Shown here piece by piece: positions 6,730 to 15,133 of a stretch of 39,466 nt of DNA. Location: NCBI GenBank assembly GCA_046757525.1, contig JBHHYI010000017.1:1-39466 (forward strand), given 5' to 3'. Made by a program: the position numbers and the translations under genes. Every line of letters begins with the position of its first letter. Position 1 is the stretch's first letter. Under the pieces are notes generated by a model. It saw only the letters and a program-made list of their open reading frames with translations, did not search any database and was not told the DNA's origin. This stretch comes from a bacterium. Lineage in GTDB: Bacteria; Zhuqueibacterota; Zhuqueibacteria; Oceanimicrobiales; Oceanimicrobiaceae.

Positions 6730-9351
6730 TTATTTTCTTATCACCACTACTTTCGCATTGGCGTACAGGATGGCGTTGAACAAGAGCTTAAAAGTGCCGT
6801 ACGTCTGCGCACGGTGCTGCGCCTTGAAGCCGATGAGCACCACGCGGCCTTTGCCCAGCGGCACCTCTAACACCGCCGCCCGTCCTTGCAGTTTGTCCCC
6901 TCCCACAAGCAAGCCGCTCAGCAGCGGATTGTGCTCAGGGTAGTAGGCCATGACGCCGGTGCGATGCGTCCAGAATTTGGGTCGAAAAGCGGGGCTGTCC
7001 ACGAACATGGCCGCGGCCTTGTTCGGCATGCCAAAAGCAATGGGTTCGTGGTTGTCGATGAGGATTTCCAGCAAAGCGCCTGGACAATAGAAATCCTCTG
7101 CTTTAAGCCCTCTCACGACATTTTCCACGGGCAGTCCGAACGCATCGATGGCAAATTCGCAGGCATTGTTCAGGGTAATGAGCGTGCCCCCTTCTTGCAC
7201 GAAAGTTTTCAAATTCGCGACCCCCTTCTCGGTGATGCCGCCGCGGAATTGTTCTGGCACCACCGGCGAATAAATATCCGGTGGCCGACCTTGCCCCCTG
7301 CCGTGAACTATTTCGCCAGCCGTCATATCCGGTAGAATGATGACGTCAAAAGCGCCCTTCAATTTGCCCTTTCTGATTTTTGGATTCAGGAGGATTTTGT
7401 TTTGAAATTCAAATTTTTCCAACAGCAATCGGGTCCAGCCCTCGTCCGCGTTGGCGGTCCACGGCTGATAAAGTCCCAATTTGTAAGGTCTTATTCTGTA
7501 AGCCAACCGGCCACTAAGATCAGCCTTCGTTTGCACGATTTCAAGCGACAGACTCCTTTTGAGAACATTCAATTGGTGTTTAGCAATTTTCTTGCGCGGA
7601 ATAAAGATCGTTCCCGGCTCAAAATGTTCTCCGTCCAGGTCCTCGGCATCCCTGAGCCAATACACCTTCTTTCGTTGCCGCAGCAAACGATTCACCAGGA
7701 TGAAACTGTTGTTGGTCGTATGTCTAATAACATAATTGGCCTTGATGTTTCGTACCGGGTGATCGGCTGTGGGTTTGATTCTGTCTATTTTCACTAACTT
7801 TGTTTTGATTGGCTGGTCTAATTGCAGCGTCTCCACGCCCATCATGAGAGGCAACGTCCAGCCGGTCAAACACCGGGGGGGCGTTACGGAACCGTCGGAG
7901 AACCGGTCGAAGTCGGGATAGTGTTGTCGTTCCAGGATGTCTTTCACGTAAGGTCGAAGCGGCTGCGCCAGCAGCACGACGTAGGCGCCCTTCTCGATCT
8001 GCCTGGTTCCTGCCACAAAATCTTCCTGCGCCCGATGGACTTCGACGCCGGCTTGCAGTAAGATTTCGATCATCCGGTCGGCTGTGATGGCATCGTGTTG
8101 TTTTTTGGGCACCACAAAGGCAAAGGGTGCCTCCTGCTGTCCCCGGGCAATGGCGTCTTGATTCATTTGGCAGAAATTGTAAACCACGCTGGTCTTCTTT
8201 TGTGCAATCAAGTCTAACAGGGAAAAGGCGATGGCCAGCTCGTAATCGATGACATCCCGCAAACGCCACCAACCGCCTGACCACTGCTTTGAGAGCCAGA
8301 CATCCGCTCTAAGTTGGTCGACCTCCTCTCGTGGATTTGGCACGCTGCCGCGGGGAAAATAATAGGACGTCGCCGTGCGCACGCGGGCGATCTCTGCGCG
8401 CAGGCCCATCATATTATGCCACCAGGGCGTCTGACCGGTGGTGCCTTCCCACCAGGAGGCGTCAAACACACCGGAGGCCATGCCGGTCATCTGTTTTGCC
8501 TGCAACTCCCTGGCCAGGTCTTGGCCGAAGTTGTTCATCTCGGAGACCAACAGCGGATGCAGGTTTGGGTTGACCGGCTCCCCGTAAGGCGGCAAAAATG
8601 CCCGCGCGCCGTTTGAGCTTTTTGCGTGTTGCGCCAACACCAGGTGCGGAAACCACTCGTGGTACAACTGCCTGGCCAGCAGTCGGGTCTCTCTGAGGTT
8701 CATCGCAATCCAGTCTTTGTCGTTGTCCTCGCCGGCAAAGGGATGATTCAAATAAGGCATGGGGCTGCCCTCATAGGGCGTGTCCAAATACTCGTTGTAC
8801 CAATTGATCTCACGCTGCAGGCCGTCAGGATTCATGGACGGCACCAGGAGAACAATGACGTTCTCCAGAATGCTCTGAACGGTCTCGGATTCTTCGTTGG
8901 CCAGGCGGTAGGCCAATTCAATGGATTCCTGGCTGGAAGCGACTTCGGAGGCCTGAATATTTAGCACGATCAGCACCACAGCCTTGTCTCGTTTGGCCAG
9001 CAGTTGCGCGTCCGCTGGCGAAAGTTGGCGTGGGTTGGCCGCCTGTTTTTGCAGATTTTTGTATTTGGCCAGGTTCCGAAGATTCATCGCCGAGGAGATG
9101 GTGGCCATTAGGAATGGTTTGCCCAGGGTGGTCGTTCCCAAAACCTGTACGGAGACGCGGTCCGACCTCGAGTCGAGCATCTTGAAGTAATCTACGACCT
9201 TATCCCATCCGAACAGGGCTCGATCTTGGCCGATTCGAAATCCGACGAATTCGGCCGGGGGGGTTATTTGGGAAAAGAGGACAGGTTCACAGCAACCTGC
9301 AATCGATAGAAATATGACGAAGGCGACAAACGATTTTTTTAGGAATCCCAT
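6730..9351 (-). CDS. M14 zinc carboxypeptidase-family protein with C-terminal GATase-like domain; active site degenerate
   Basis: Signal peptide; VPSMNPDG, QPLRPY, GWTLP, DEGWTR and LIGFKAQHRAQ motifs; HxxE appears as QASE; ATG at 9351 preferred over GTG at 9363. Confidence 0.85.
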   Translation of the reverse strand: MGFLKKSFVAFVIFLSIAGCCEPVLFSQITPPAEFVGFRIGQDRALFGWDKVVDYFKMLDSRSDRVSVQVLGTTTLGKPFLMATISSAMNLRNLAKYKNLQKQAANPRQLSPADAQLLAKRDKAVVLIVLNIQASEVASSQESIELAYRLANEESETVQSILENVIVLLVPSMNPDGLQREINWYNEYLDTPYEGSPMPYLNHPFAGEDNDKDWIAMNLRETRLLARQLYHEWFPHLVLAQHAKSSNGARAFLPPYGEPVNPNLHPLLVSEMNNFGQDLARELQAKQMTGMASGVFDASWWEGTTGQTPWWHNMMGLRAEIARVRTATSYYFPRGSVPNPREEVDQLRADVWLSKQWSGGWWRLRDVIDYELAIAFSLLDLIAQKKTSVVYNFCQMNQDAIARGQQEAPFAFVVPKKQHDAITADRMIEILLQAGVEVHRAQEDFVAGTRQIEKGAYVVLLAQPLRPYVKDILERQHYPDFDRFSDGSVTPPRCLTGWTLPLMMGVETLQLDQPIKTKLVKIDRIKPTADHPVRNIKANYVIRHTTNNSFILVNRLLRQRKKVYWLRDAEDLDGEHFEPGTIFIPRKKIAKHQLNVLKRSLSLEIVQTKADLSGRLAYRIRPYKLGLYQPWTANADEGWTRLLLEKFEFQNKILLNPKIRKGKLKGAFDVIILPDMTAGEIVHGRGQGRPPDIYSPVVPEQFRGGITEKGVANLKTFVQEGGTLITLNNACEFAIDAFGLPVENVVRGLKAEDFYCPGALLEILIDNHEPIAFGMPNKAAAMFVDSPAFRPKFWTHRTGVMAYYPEHNPLLSGLLVGGDKLQGRAAVLEVPLGKGRVVLIGFKAQHRAQTYGTFKLLFNAILYANAKVVVIRK

Positions 9352-9465
9352 GATTCCCCACAAAGGGCGTTTTTATTGAAAAAAGTAACAAAGAGAATCT
9401 CCCACAAATTACGCTTTGTGGGATATCCAGCCACTTCCTTTCATTTAATGAACGCGTGCTTGGGA

Positions 9466-10530
9466 TTAATCTCTTGCTTCCCACCGACCGGGAATGGTCG
9501 TCTGACATTTGTAGCAGCGCCCGTTTTCGATCTTGTTGTCCAAAATGCGGAAACCAAACCGCTTGATCAGCACCTGGCCGCAGCCCGGGCAATAGGTGTG
9601 CTCATATTTGGCGACCGTGCCAGGCAGATTGCCGGCATAGACGAATCTTAGCCCGGCGGCGTAGCCGATTTCTGCGGCCCGTAACAGGGTTTCGGCCGGA
9701 GTGTTGTCCGGATCGGTCATTTTGTAATCTTGATGAAAAGCGGTTACGTGCCAGGGGATGTCGGCAGAAATGCCGACCAGGAAATCGGCCATGGCCTTCA
9801 GCTCACTGTTGGAATCGTTAAACCCGGGAATGATCAGCGTGACAATTTCGAGCCAGAACCCGCGTTCATACACCATGCCGATGGTATTCAGAACGTTTTG
9901 CAGAACGCCACCCAATTTCCTGTAATTCTTGTCAGTAAAGGATTTTAAATCGATTTTGTACAAGTCGGTGTAAGGTCTGATGTAATCGAGTACTTCCGGG
10001 GTGGCATTGCCATTCGAAACATACCCGGTGACGAAACCTTCTTGCTTGGCTTCTTTGAAGATTTCCACGGCCCACTCGCTGGTGATCAGCGGTTCGTTGT
10101 AGCTGCTCACAATGAGCCTGGCGTTGTATTTCTTACCGAGTACGATTAAATCCCTGGGGCGCACCTTTTGCGGAGCTGTGACCGCATTAGGATCCCGCAA
10201 CGCCTGAGAAGTAATCCAGTTTTGACAATAACCGCAGTGGAAATCGCAGCCCAACATGCCAAACGTAACCGCCAGCGAACCCGGGTAAGCATGATAGAAT
10301 GGCTTCTTCTCGGTGGGATCGCATTGAATCCCGGCTGCGTAATAGGCCGGCACAAAAAGCCTGCCGCCTTGATTGAACCGCACACGGCAAATACCGTCCC
10401 TGCCATCCTTGATGAGACAGCGATGGCCGCAGGCAAAACAGGTCAGGCTTCCATCCGCATGGGTTTCATATAGCGTGCCTTCCATGGTGTGGGTTTTAAG
10501 CACGTCTTTCAATGTTTTAGCAGAAGGCAT
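9466..10530 (-). CDS. amrS: AmmeMemoRadiSam system radical SAM enzyme
   Basis: N-terminal CFACGHRC..GICRVR; DPTEKKPFYH; CDFHCGYCQN radical SAM motif; YNEP; PWHVTAFHQDY; C-terminal CPGC..CYKC. Confidence 0.92.
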   Translation of the reverse strand: MPSAKTLKDVLKTHTMEGTLYETHADGSLTCFACGHRCLIKDGRDGICRVRFNQGGRLFVPAYYAAGIQCDPTEKKPFYHAYPGSLAVTFGMLGCDFHCGYCQNWITSQALRDPNAVTAPQKVRPRDLIVLGKKYNARLIVSSYNEPLITSEWAVEIFKEAKQEGFVTGYVSNGNATPEVLDYIRPYTDLYKIDLKSFTDKNYRKLGGVLQNVLNTIGMVYERGFWLEIVTLIIPGFNDSNSELKAMADFLVGISADIPWHVTAFHQDYKMTDPDNTPAETLLRAAEIGYAAGLRFVYAGNLPGTVAKYEHTYCPGCGQVLIKRFGFRILDNKIENGRCYKCQTTIPGRWEARD

Positions 10531-10734
10531 CCTGATTACCTCATGTCAGTCTCTAACGTATTGAACTTAAGCATAAAATGACAAAAATTCAATAGATTTC
10601 ATTACGTGCAGCGCGTTTCGTCGGCACGGGCTTGTTTTTTGAAACCACCATGCAAGGCAGGGCACTTTTTACCGGGAGGGTTGATTGAAAGAGTTTAACA
10701 GAAGAATCGGTTGTGGATGGGTTGCCGACCGCGG

Positions 10735-11076
10735 CTACGACTGAGTGTTAACCATCTTCCTGAGCCCCCGTTTGGGCAAATTCAATTCCCCTTGAATCAA
10801 CTGGGCCAATCCTCTGCGAATCCTTTCCGGGCTAACGGAAATGATTTCACAACACTTTTCAAAGGAAAAAATGTAATCAGAATTCTTTTCTTCGTACAGC
10901 CAAAATTTTGCACTCCTGCAATTTTTTTCAAGCTGGTTCAGTTCGTGCTCGAGACCTTTTGCTTTTAATCTGGATATCTTGCTAAAATTGTAACCGTCCA
11001 AATAATCCTTGACCGCCCTTAGAATAACAGAAACGACTAACTTGCGCTCTGTAACAGTATGCGTTTTTCTACCCAT
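10735..11076 (-). CDS. Small basic hypothetical protein, possibly DNA-binding
   Basis: SD GAGGAG before ATG; ERKLVVSVILRAVKD...AKFWL...FSFEKCCEIISVSPERIRRGL pattern. Confidence 0.7.
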   Translation of the reverse strand: MGRKTHTVTERKLVVSVILRAVKDYLDGYNFSKISRLKAKGLEHELNQLEKNCRSAKFWLYEEKNSDYIFSFEKCCEIISVSPERIRRGLAQLIQGELNLPKRGLRKMVNTQS

Positions 11077-11489
11077 GGTCTCCTCTTTGGCTGGTTTTGT
11101 TGAACAACTCTTGCAAAAGGCGGGTTAGATATAAGGTTAGGTTGTACTTAGAGATCTGAATTTTAGCTTCCTTCCCTTAGAAAAATTCAACTGTCATCAA
11201 AATTATTAAAATATAGTAAAAAAAATGGCATAAATCAAGTTTAAACTTCAAGAAATGGCTTGGGAGGTAATCGAGCGGCAGCGACAAAATCCGGCCGGAA
11301 AAGCTTAGAAACAGACTGATTTCGGCGCAGTGCCGCTGCAAATACATCGAATGCGGCCGGAAGGGATTGTTGGCTAGCTGATTCTGAGTGGCTGAGCGAT
11401 CAAAGGAACGCAGCGGTGGAAGAACCTCGTGTGGCCTGTAATGAAAATGATTTAATACGTCATCGTATTTCGGAAATGAAGTACGTACC

Positions 11490-12047
11490 CTATTTTATCA
11501 GCCTGGCTACCTGTTTGAATTCAGTGGTGCCGGCCTTTTCCAACAGTTCAAACACTGCCGACTCCACGGTGGTCAAGACGGCCCCTGTCTTAGCCATGCG
11601 GTCCAAAGCGGTTTCGTAGTCCAACAGTTTGCGTGAGGAGACTGCATCCCTGGGGATGTGGACCTGGAGATGGTGGGCCAACAAATCCAGGGCGGTTTGT
11701 TGAACGCAGACATGGCATTCGATGCCGGTTACAATCACCTGTCGAATATTTTTCTGTTCCAATTGGGTTAACAGCCCGGCGTCGCCACAGCAGCTAAACG
11801 TCATTTTCTGAATAGGGGTTGTGTCGCCCAGGGCCGCTAAAATTTCGGCTTCGGTAGCCCCGAGTCCCTTGGGATATTGCTCAGTAATGAATATGGGGAC
11901 GTCGAGTATCTGGCAAGTTTTGATCAACTTCAAAATGCTTTCAACCACGGTTTGACGGTGGTGCATCACCGCGTTAATCCTCTCTTGAACGTCGACAATC
12001 AACAGTGCAGTCTGTTTTCGATTTAATATTTGGGGATGGCGTTTCAC
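11490..12047 (-). CDS. Isochorismatase-family (YcaC/ISOC-like) hydrolase
   Basis: LLIVDVQE, TEQYPKGLGAT, KMTFSC and GIECHVCVQQTALDL; GTG start with SD AGGAG. Confidence 0.93.
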   Translation of the reverse strand: MKRHPQILNRKQTALLIVDVQERINAVMHHRQTVVESILKLIKTCQILDVPIFITEQYPKGLGATEAEILAALGDTTPIQKMTFSCCGDAGLLTQLEQKNIRQVIVTGIECHVCVQQTALDLLAHHLQVHIPRDAVSSRKLLDYETALDRMAKTGAVLTTVESAVFELLEKAGTTEFKQVARLIK

Positions 12048-12183
12048 TTGATCTCCTGAGTTTCAGGTTCGTGGTGGCCGAAGTTTGACTTCTGGCCAGT
12101 TGGGGGGTCTTCTTTGTTGATGATTTTCAATTCTTCACCGTCAGAGTGATTTTGCGGTGTTTGAAATCATGGGTCGGGTGGCC

Positions 12184-12735
12184 CTATGGATTCTCGTGCC
12201 AGTACGGTTCTAATTCCACACCCAGGCCATCGGCCAGCCGATTCACGAAATTGTAGTAGCCGGTGATTTGGTTGATGTCCAAAATAGCCGCATCGCTAAA
12301 CCCCTCGTCCCGCAGTTTTTCCACGTCTCTTTGGGACATTTCCCAGGGTGCACGCGTCAGCTTGACAACATAGTCGAGCATGATCCTATCCGCACTGGAA
12401 ATCGGGGCCTGCCGGTAGTCGCGTTTGAGGTGCTCGATTAGCGCTTCATTTTTGGTGAGCCTGCGGAGACCCGCTCCGTGATGGGTAATTCAGTAGTGAC
12501 ATTTGTTGGTCACCGAAACCACCACCGCAATCATTTCCCGCTGCGCCCGGCTCAAATCGGATTTTCCAAACATTAACATCCGGTAAAACTGGTAGTGTCC
12601 TTCCAGGGAAGGCGGATTTAAACTGTGTATTTTTAGCACATTGTCCACCGTGCCTGCCGGAGTCATGTGCTTGTCATAGAATTCCTTGAGCGACCCCTGC
12701 GCTTCATTCTCTTGGATGACTCTTATCCAGGCCAT
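12184..12735 (-). CDS. AhpD/CMD-like peroxidase-related enzyme, 183 aa, probable selenoprotein (CxxU, TGA at 12490-12492)
   Basis: ORFs 12490..12735 and 12184..12381 are in one frame, joined by 36 open codons: ...VVSVTNKCHY-U-ITHHGAGLRRLTKNEALIEHLKRDYRQAPISSADRIMLDYVVKLT...NFVNRLADGLGV; TGA falls at the second Cys of the family CxxC. Confidence 0.88.
12464..12478 (-). promoter_or_regulatory. Candidate bacterial SECIS hairpin
   Basis: On the minus strand: TGA, 11 nt, then CGGAG-CGGGT-CTCCG, a 5-bp stem with a G-containing loop starting 17 nt after the UGA. Confidence 0.6.
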
Positions 12736-12762
12736 AAGGTTTACCTTTCAGAAAATTTCTAA

Positions 12763-12845
12763 AAAATACGAATTAAATGTTGAATGTCAAAATAATTTTT
12801 AGCTATTTTCTATCCATTGACTTTTGGTTATTTATCGCTTATATT
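12763..12845. promoter_or_regulatory. Divergent sigma70-type promoters
   Basis: Minus: TTGACA (12790-12785), 16 nt, TATTTT. Plus: TTGACT 12817-12822, 17 nt, TATATT 12840-12845. Confidence 0.6.
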
Positions 12846-12883
12846 TCGGAAATAAAGATCGGTTGATTGCGGGAGGATATTTT

Positions 12884-13159
12884 ATGGATGTTAGAACTAA
12901 GAAAACTTATGCCAGGCTGTTCAGCTTCGGTTGGCCAACGATGCTGTTGCTCATGGTCTGGCTGACTTTTCCAGCCCATCTTCTTTTCATGAAGATCGTG
13001 TTGTCTGTGATGGCCCCCGTTGGCATCTTCATCAACCTAAGAACCAACAAAGTGTGCAACCACTGCGGAACCTACAACTGGGGTTTGACCACACGCAAGT
13101 GTCCCCACTGTAAACGACCTTATGAAGAGCAAGAATTGGTCACCAATGAAAAAATCTGA
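12884..13159 (+). CDS. Small two-TM membrane protein with C-terminal zinc ribbon
   Basis: SD GGAGGA then ATG 12884; two hydrophobic segments; CNHC..CPHC. Confidence 0.75.
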   Translation: MDVRTKKTYARLFSFGWPTMLLLMVWLTFPAHLLFMKIVLSVMAPVGIFINLRTNKVCNHCGTYNWGLTTRKCPHCKRPYEEQELVTNEKI

Positions 13160-13967
13160 TCTCCAGGAAGCCTTAGCCTTTATTCGAGAACATTCTACGC
13201 AGCGTCCCAAGATCGGCATCATCCTGGGATCGGGACTGGGGCCATTTGCCGAAGAAATAAACGAGAAGACCACCGTTGCCACGGCGACGATTCCTCACTA
13301 TCCGGTTTCCACGGTTGCAGGGCACGCTGGTAAGTGGGTTTTTGGGGAGATTTGCGGCAAACAGATCTTAGCCATTCAGGGAAGAATCCACGCGTATGAA
13401 GGGTATTCTCTCAAGAAGGTGACCTTTCCCATCCATTTGCTGGCCGAACTTGGGGTGGAATACTTGATTGTCACCAATGCTGCCGGCGGACTCAACCCAA
13501 ACTTTGCACCCGGGGATTTGATGTTGATCGTAGATCACATCAACTGGATGTTTGACAATCCACTCTTTGGCCCCAACGACCGAAAGTTAGGCCCCAGATT
13601 TCCGGATATGTCGGAGCCTTACAACGCCGCCCTCATGCGGCTGGCGGAAAACACGGCGCTGGAATTGGGAATCAAAGTGCAAAGAGGCGTGTTGGTAGCC
13701 GCGAAGGGTCCCAGCTACGAATCGGCTGCGGAGATCAGGATGTCCCAACGCCTGGGCGGAGACGCAGCCACCATGTCCACGGTGCCAGAAGTCATCACCG
13801 CCGTCTACCGTGGCCTGAAAGTGTTGGGCATCTCCTGCATTACCAATTTAGCCACGGGCCTGTCGCCGCATCCACTAAGCCACGCGGAAGTCACCGAAGT
13901 GGCTGATAAGGTCAAAGGCAGGTTCTCGCGGTTGGTCAAGGAAATTATTGCCAAAATAGAACTTTAA
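13146..13967 (+). CDS. punA: Purine nucleoside phosphorylase (trimeric type)
   Basis: GIILGSGLG, STVAGHAG, QGRIHAYEG, TNAAGG, GPSYESAAE, MSTVPEV and SCITN; ATG 13146 preferred. Confidence 0.95.
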   Translation: MKKSDLQEALAFIREHSTQRPKIGIILGSGLGPFAEEINEKTTVATATIPHYPVSTVAGHAGKWVFGEICGKQILAIQGRIHAYEGYSLKKVTFPIHLLAELGVEYLIVTNAAGGLNPNFAPGDLMLIVDHINWMFDNPLFGPNDRKLGPRFPDMSEPYNAALMRLAENTALELGIKVQRGVLVAAKGPSYESAAEIRMSQRLGGDAATMSTVPEVITAVYRGLKVLGISCITNLATGLSPHPLSHAEVTEVADKVKGRFSRLVKEIIAKIEL

Positions 13968-13979
13968 TGAGAGGAACGC

Positions 13980-14555
13980 TTGAGAATCGTCATCGGGTCG
14001 CAACGGCCTCCAAAAGTTGCCGCCGTGAAAACAGCCGTTGCCAGGGTAGTTGAACATCTCGGTACCGAGCCAGGTGCGGTTCAGTACCTCACCAGAGATG
14101 TTGCCAGCAGAATTTCCAGGATGCCTTTGTCCATTTCAGAACTGATGCAGGGGGCCTACAATCGCGCACAAGCGTTAATCGACGAATTTAGCCGGTCAGC
14201 CAGCCAGCCGGATTTCTATGTGGGACTGGAAGGTGGATTTTTCCGGCAGAGCGATCCTTTGGAACAATTGCAATACTTTCTTCAGGGCTGGGTCTATGTC
14301 AGCAATGGGGAACGGGGCTATTTTGGTGCGTCGGAGGCCATGCCCGTGCCTGAAAAAATCGTTGCCGAAGTGGTGACGAAGAAACAAGAGCTTGGCGAGG
14401 TCATCGACGGTTTTGGTGGCGAACGTGGCATCAGGAACAAATATGGCGCGTTCGGCGTATTTTCGCAAGGTCTGCTGACCCGGCAGGCTTCGTTCGAAAT
14501 AGCTCTCGTGTGTGCGTTTGCGCCCTTCTTTAAACATAGCCTTTTTCGATTATGA
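13980..14555 (+). CDS. Inosine/xanthosine triphosphatase (YjjX/DUF84 family)
   Basis: GSQRPPKVAAV, MP...GAYNRA, VGLEGG, ELGEVID and GAFGVFSQGLLTR. Confidence 0.85.
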   Translation: MRIVIGSQRPPKVAAVKTAVARVVEHLGTEPGAVQYLTRDVASRISRMPLSISELMQGAYNRAQALIDEFSRSASQPDFYVGLEGGFFRQSDPLEQLQYFLQGWVYVSNGERGYFGASEAMPVPEKIVAEVVTKKQELGEVIDGFGGERGIRNKYGAFGVFSQGLLTRQASFEIALVCAFAPFFKHSLFRL

Positions 14556-15133
14556 ATCTTTGGGATTGGAAGGCTGAGTTTTACGACTCCAGTAGAAAGA
14601 TTTTCCCTTTCAACCAGATATTATTCAAAGAAGTAGAAAACCTAAAGCGGCTGCTGTCATATATAACTTTGAACGGGATGGCCGTCTTGGATGTGGGAAC
14701 GGGACCGGGAACCAATTTGCATTTGTTACAAAAAAGCGCCTGCCTGTACGCAGTCGATCGCTCTTTTCGCATGATCTGCAAAGCAAGAAAGAAGTTGCCT
14801 ATCGTTTCAGTTGTTGCAGATTCCACCCGTCTTCCTTTCAAACCGCGTTCGTTTAATCTAATAACAGCCATCGGACTGTTGGAATATCAAGAAAGATACC
14901 GCGATTTCCTGCGCGAGGTGCAGCGTTTGCTAACGTTCGACGGGTTGGTCTTACTGACCTTCTCGCCAAAGGGTTGGTTAAATCTACTGAGAAACTTCCT
15001 GGGTCACCGTCTCTATTTGACCTCGCAAGAAGATTTCAACATCGCTGCTTGTCACGCTGGTTTTGAGATAGTTGAATTCAGGGAGTCCCTATTGCAACGG
15101 CAGGTGTTGCTGGTCAAAAAGCATGCTGAATAA
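14552..15133 (+). CDS. Class I SAM-dependent methyltransferase
   Basis: VLDVGTGPG motif I, AVDRS, ADSTRLPF; ATGA overlap with the upstream gene. Confidence 0.88.
   Translation: MNLWDWKAEFYDSSRKIFPFNQILFKEVENLKRLLSYITLNGMAVLDVGTGPGTNLHLLQKSACLYAVDRSFRMICKARKKLPIVSVVADSTRLPFKPRSFNLITAIGLLEYQERYRDFLREVQRLLTFDGLVLLTFSPKGWLNLLRNFLGHRLYLTSQEDFNIAACHAGFEIVEFRESLLQRQVLLVKKHAE

Noticed and set aside
12184..12735. Two separate genes or a nonsense pseudogene
   Set aside because: The stop is TGA exactly at the catalytic Cys, the frame is otherwise intact, and a SECIS-like hairpin follows
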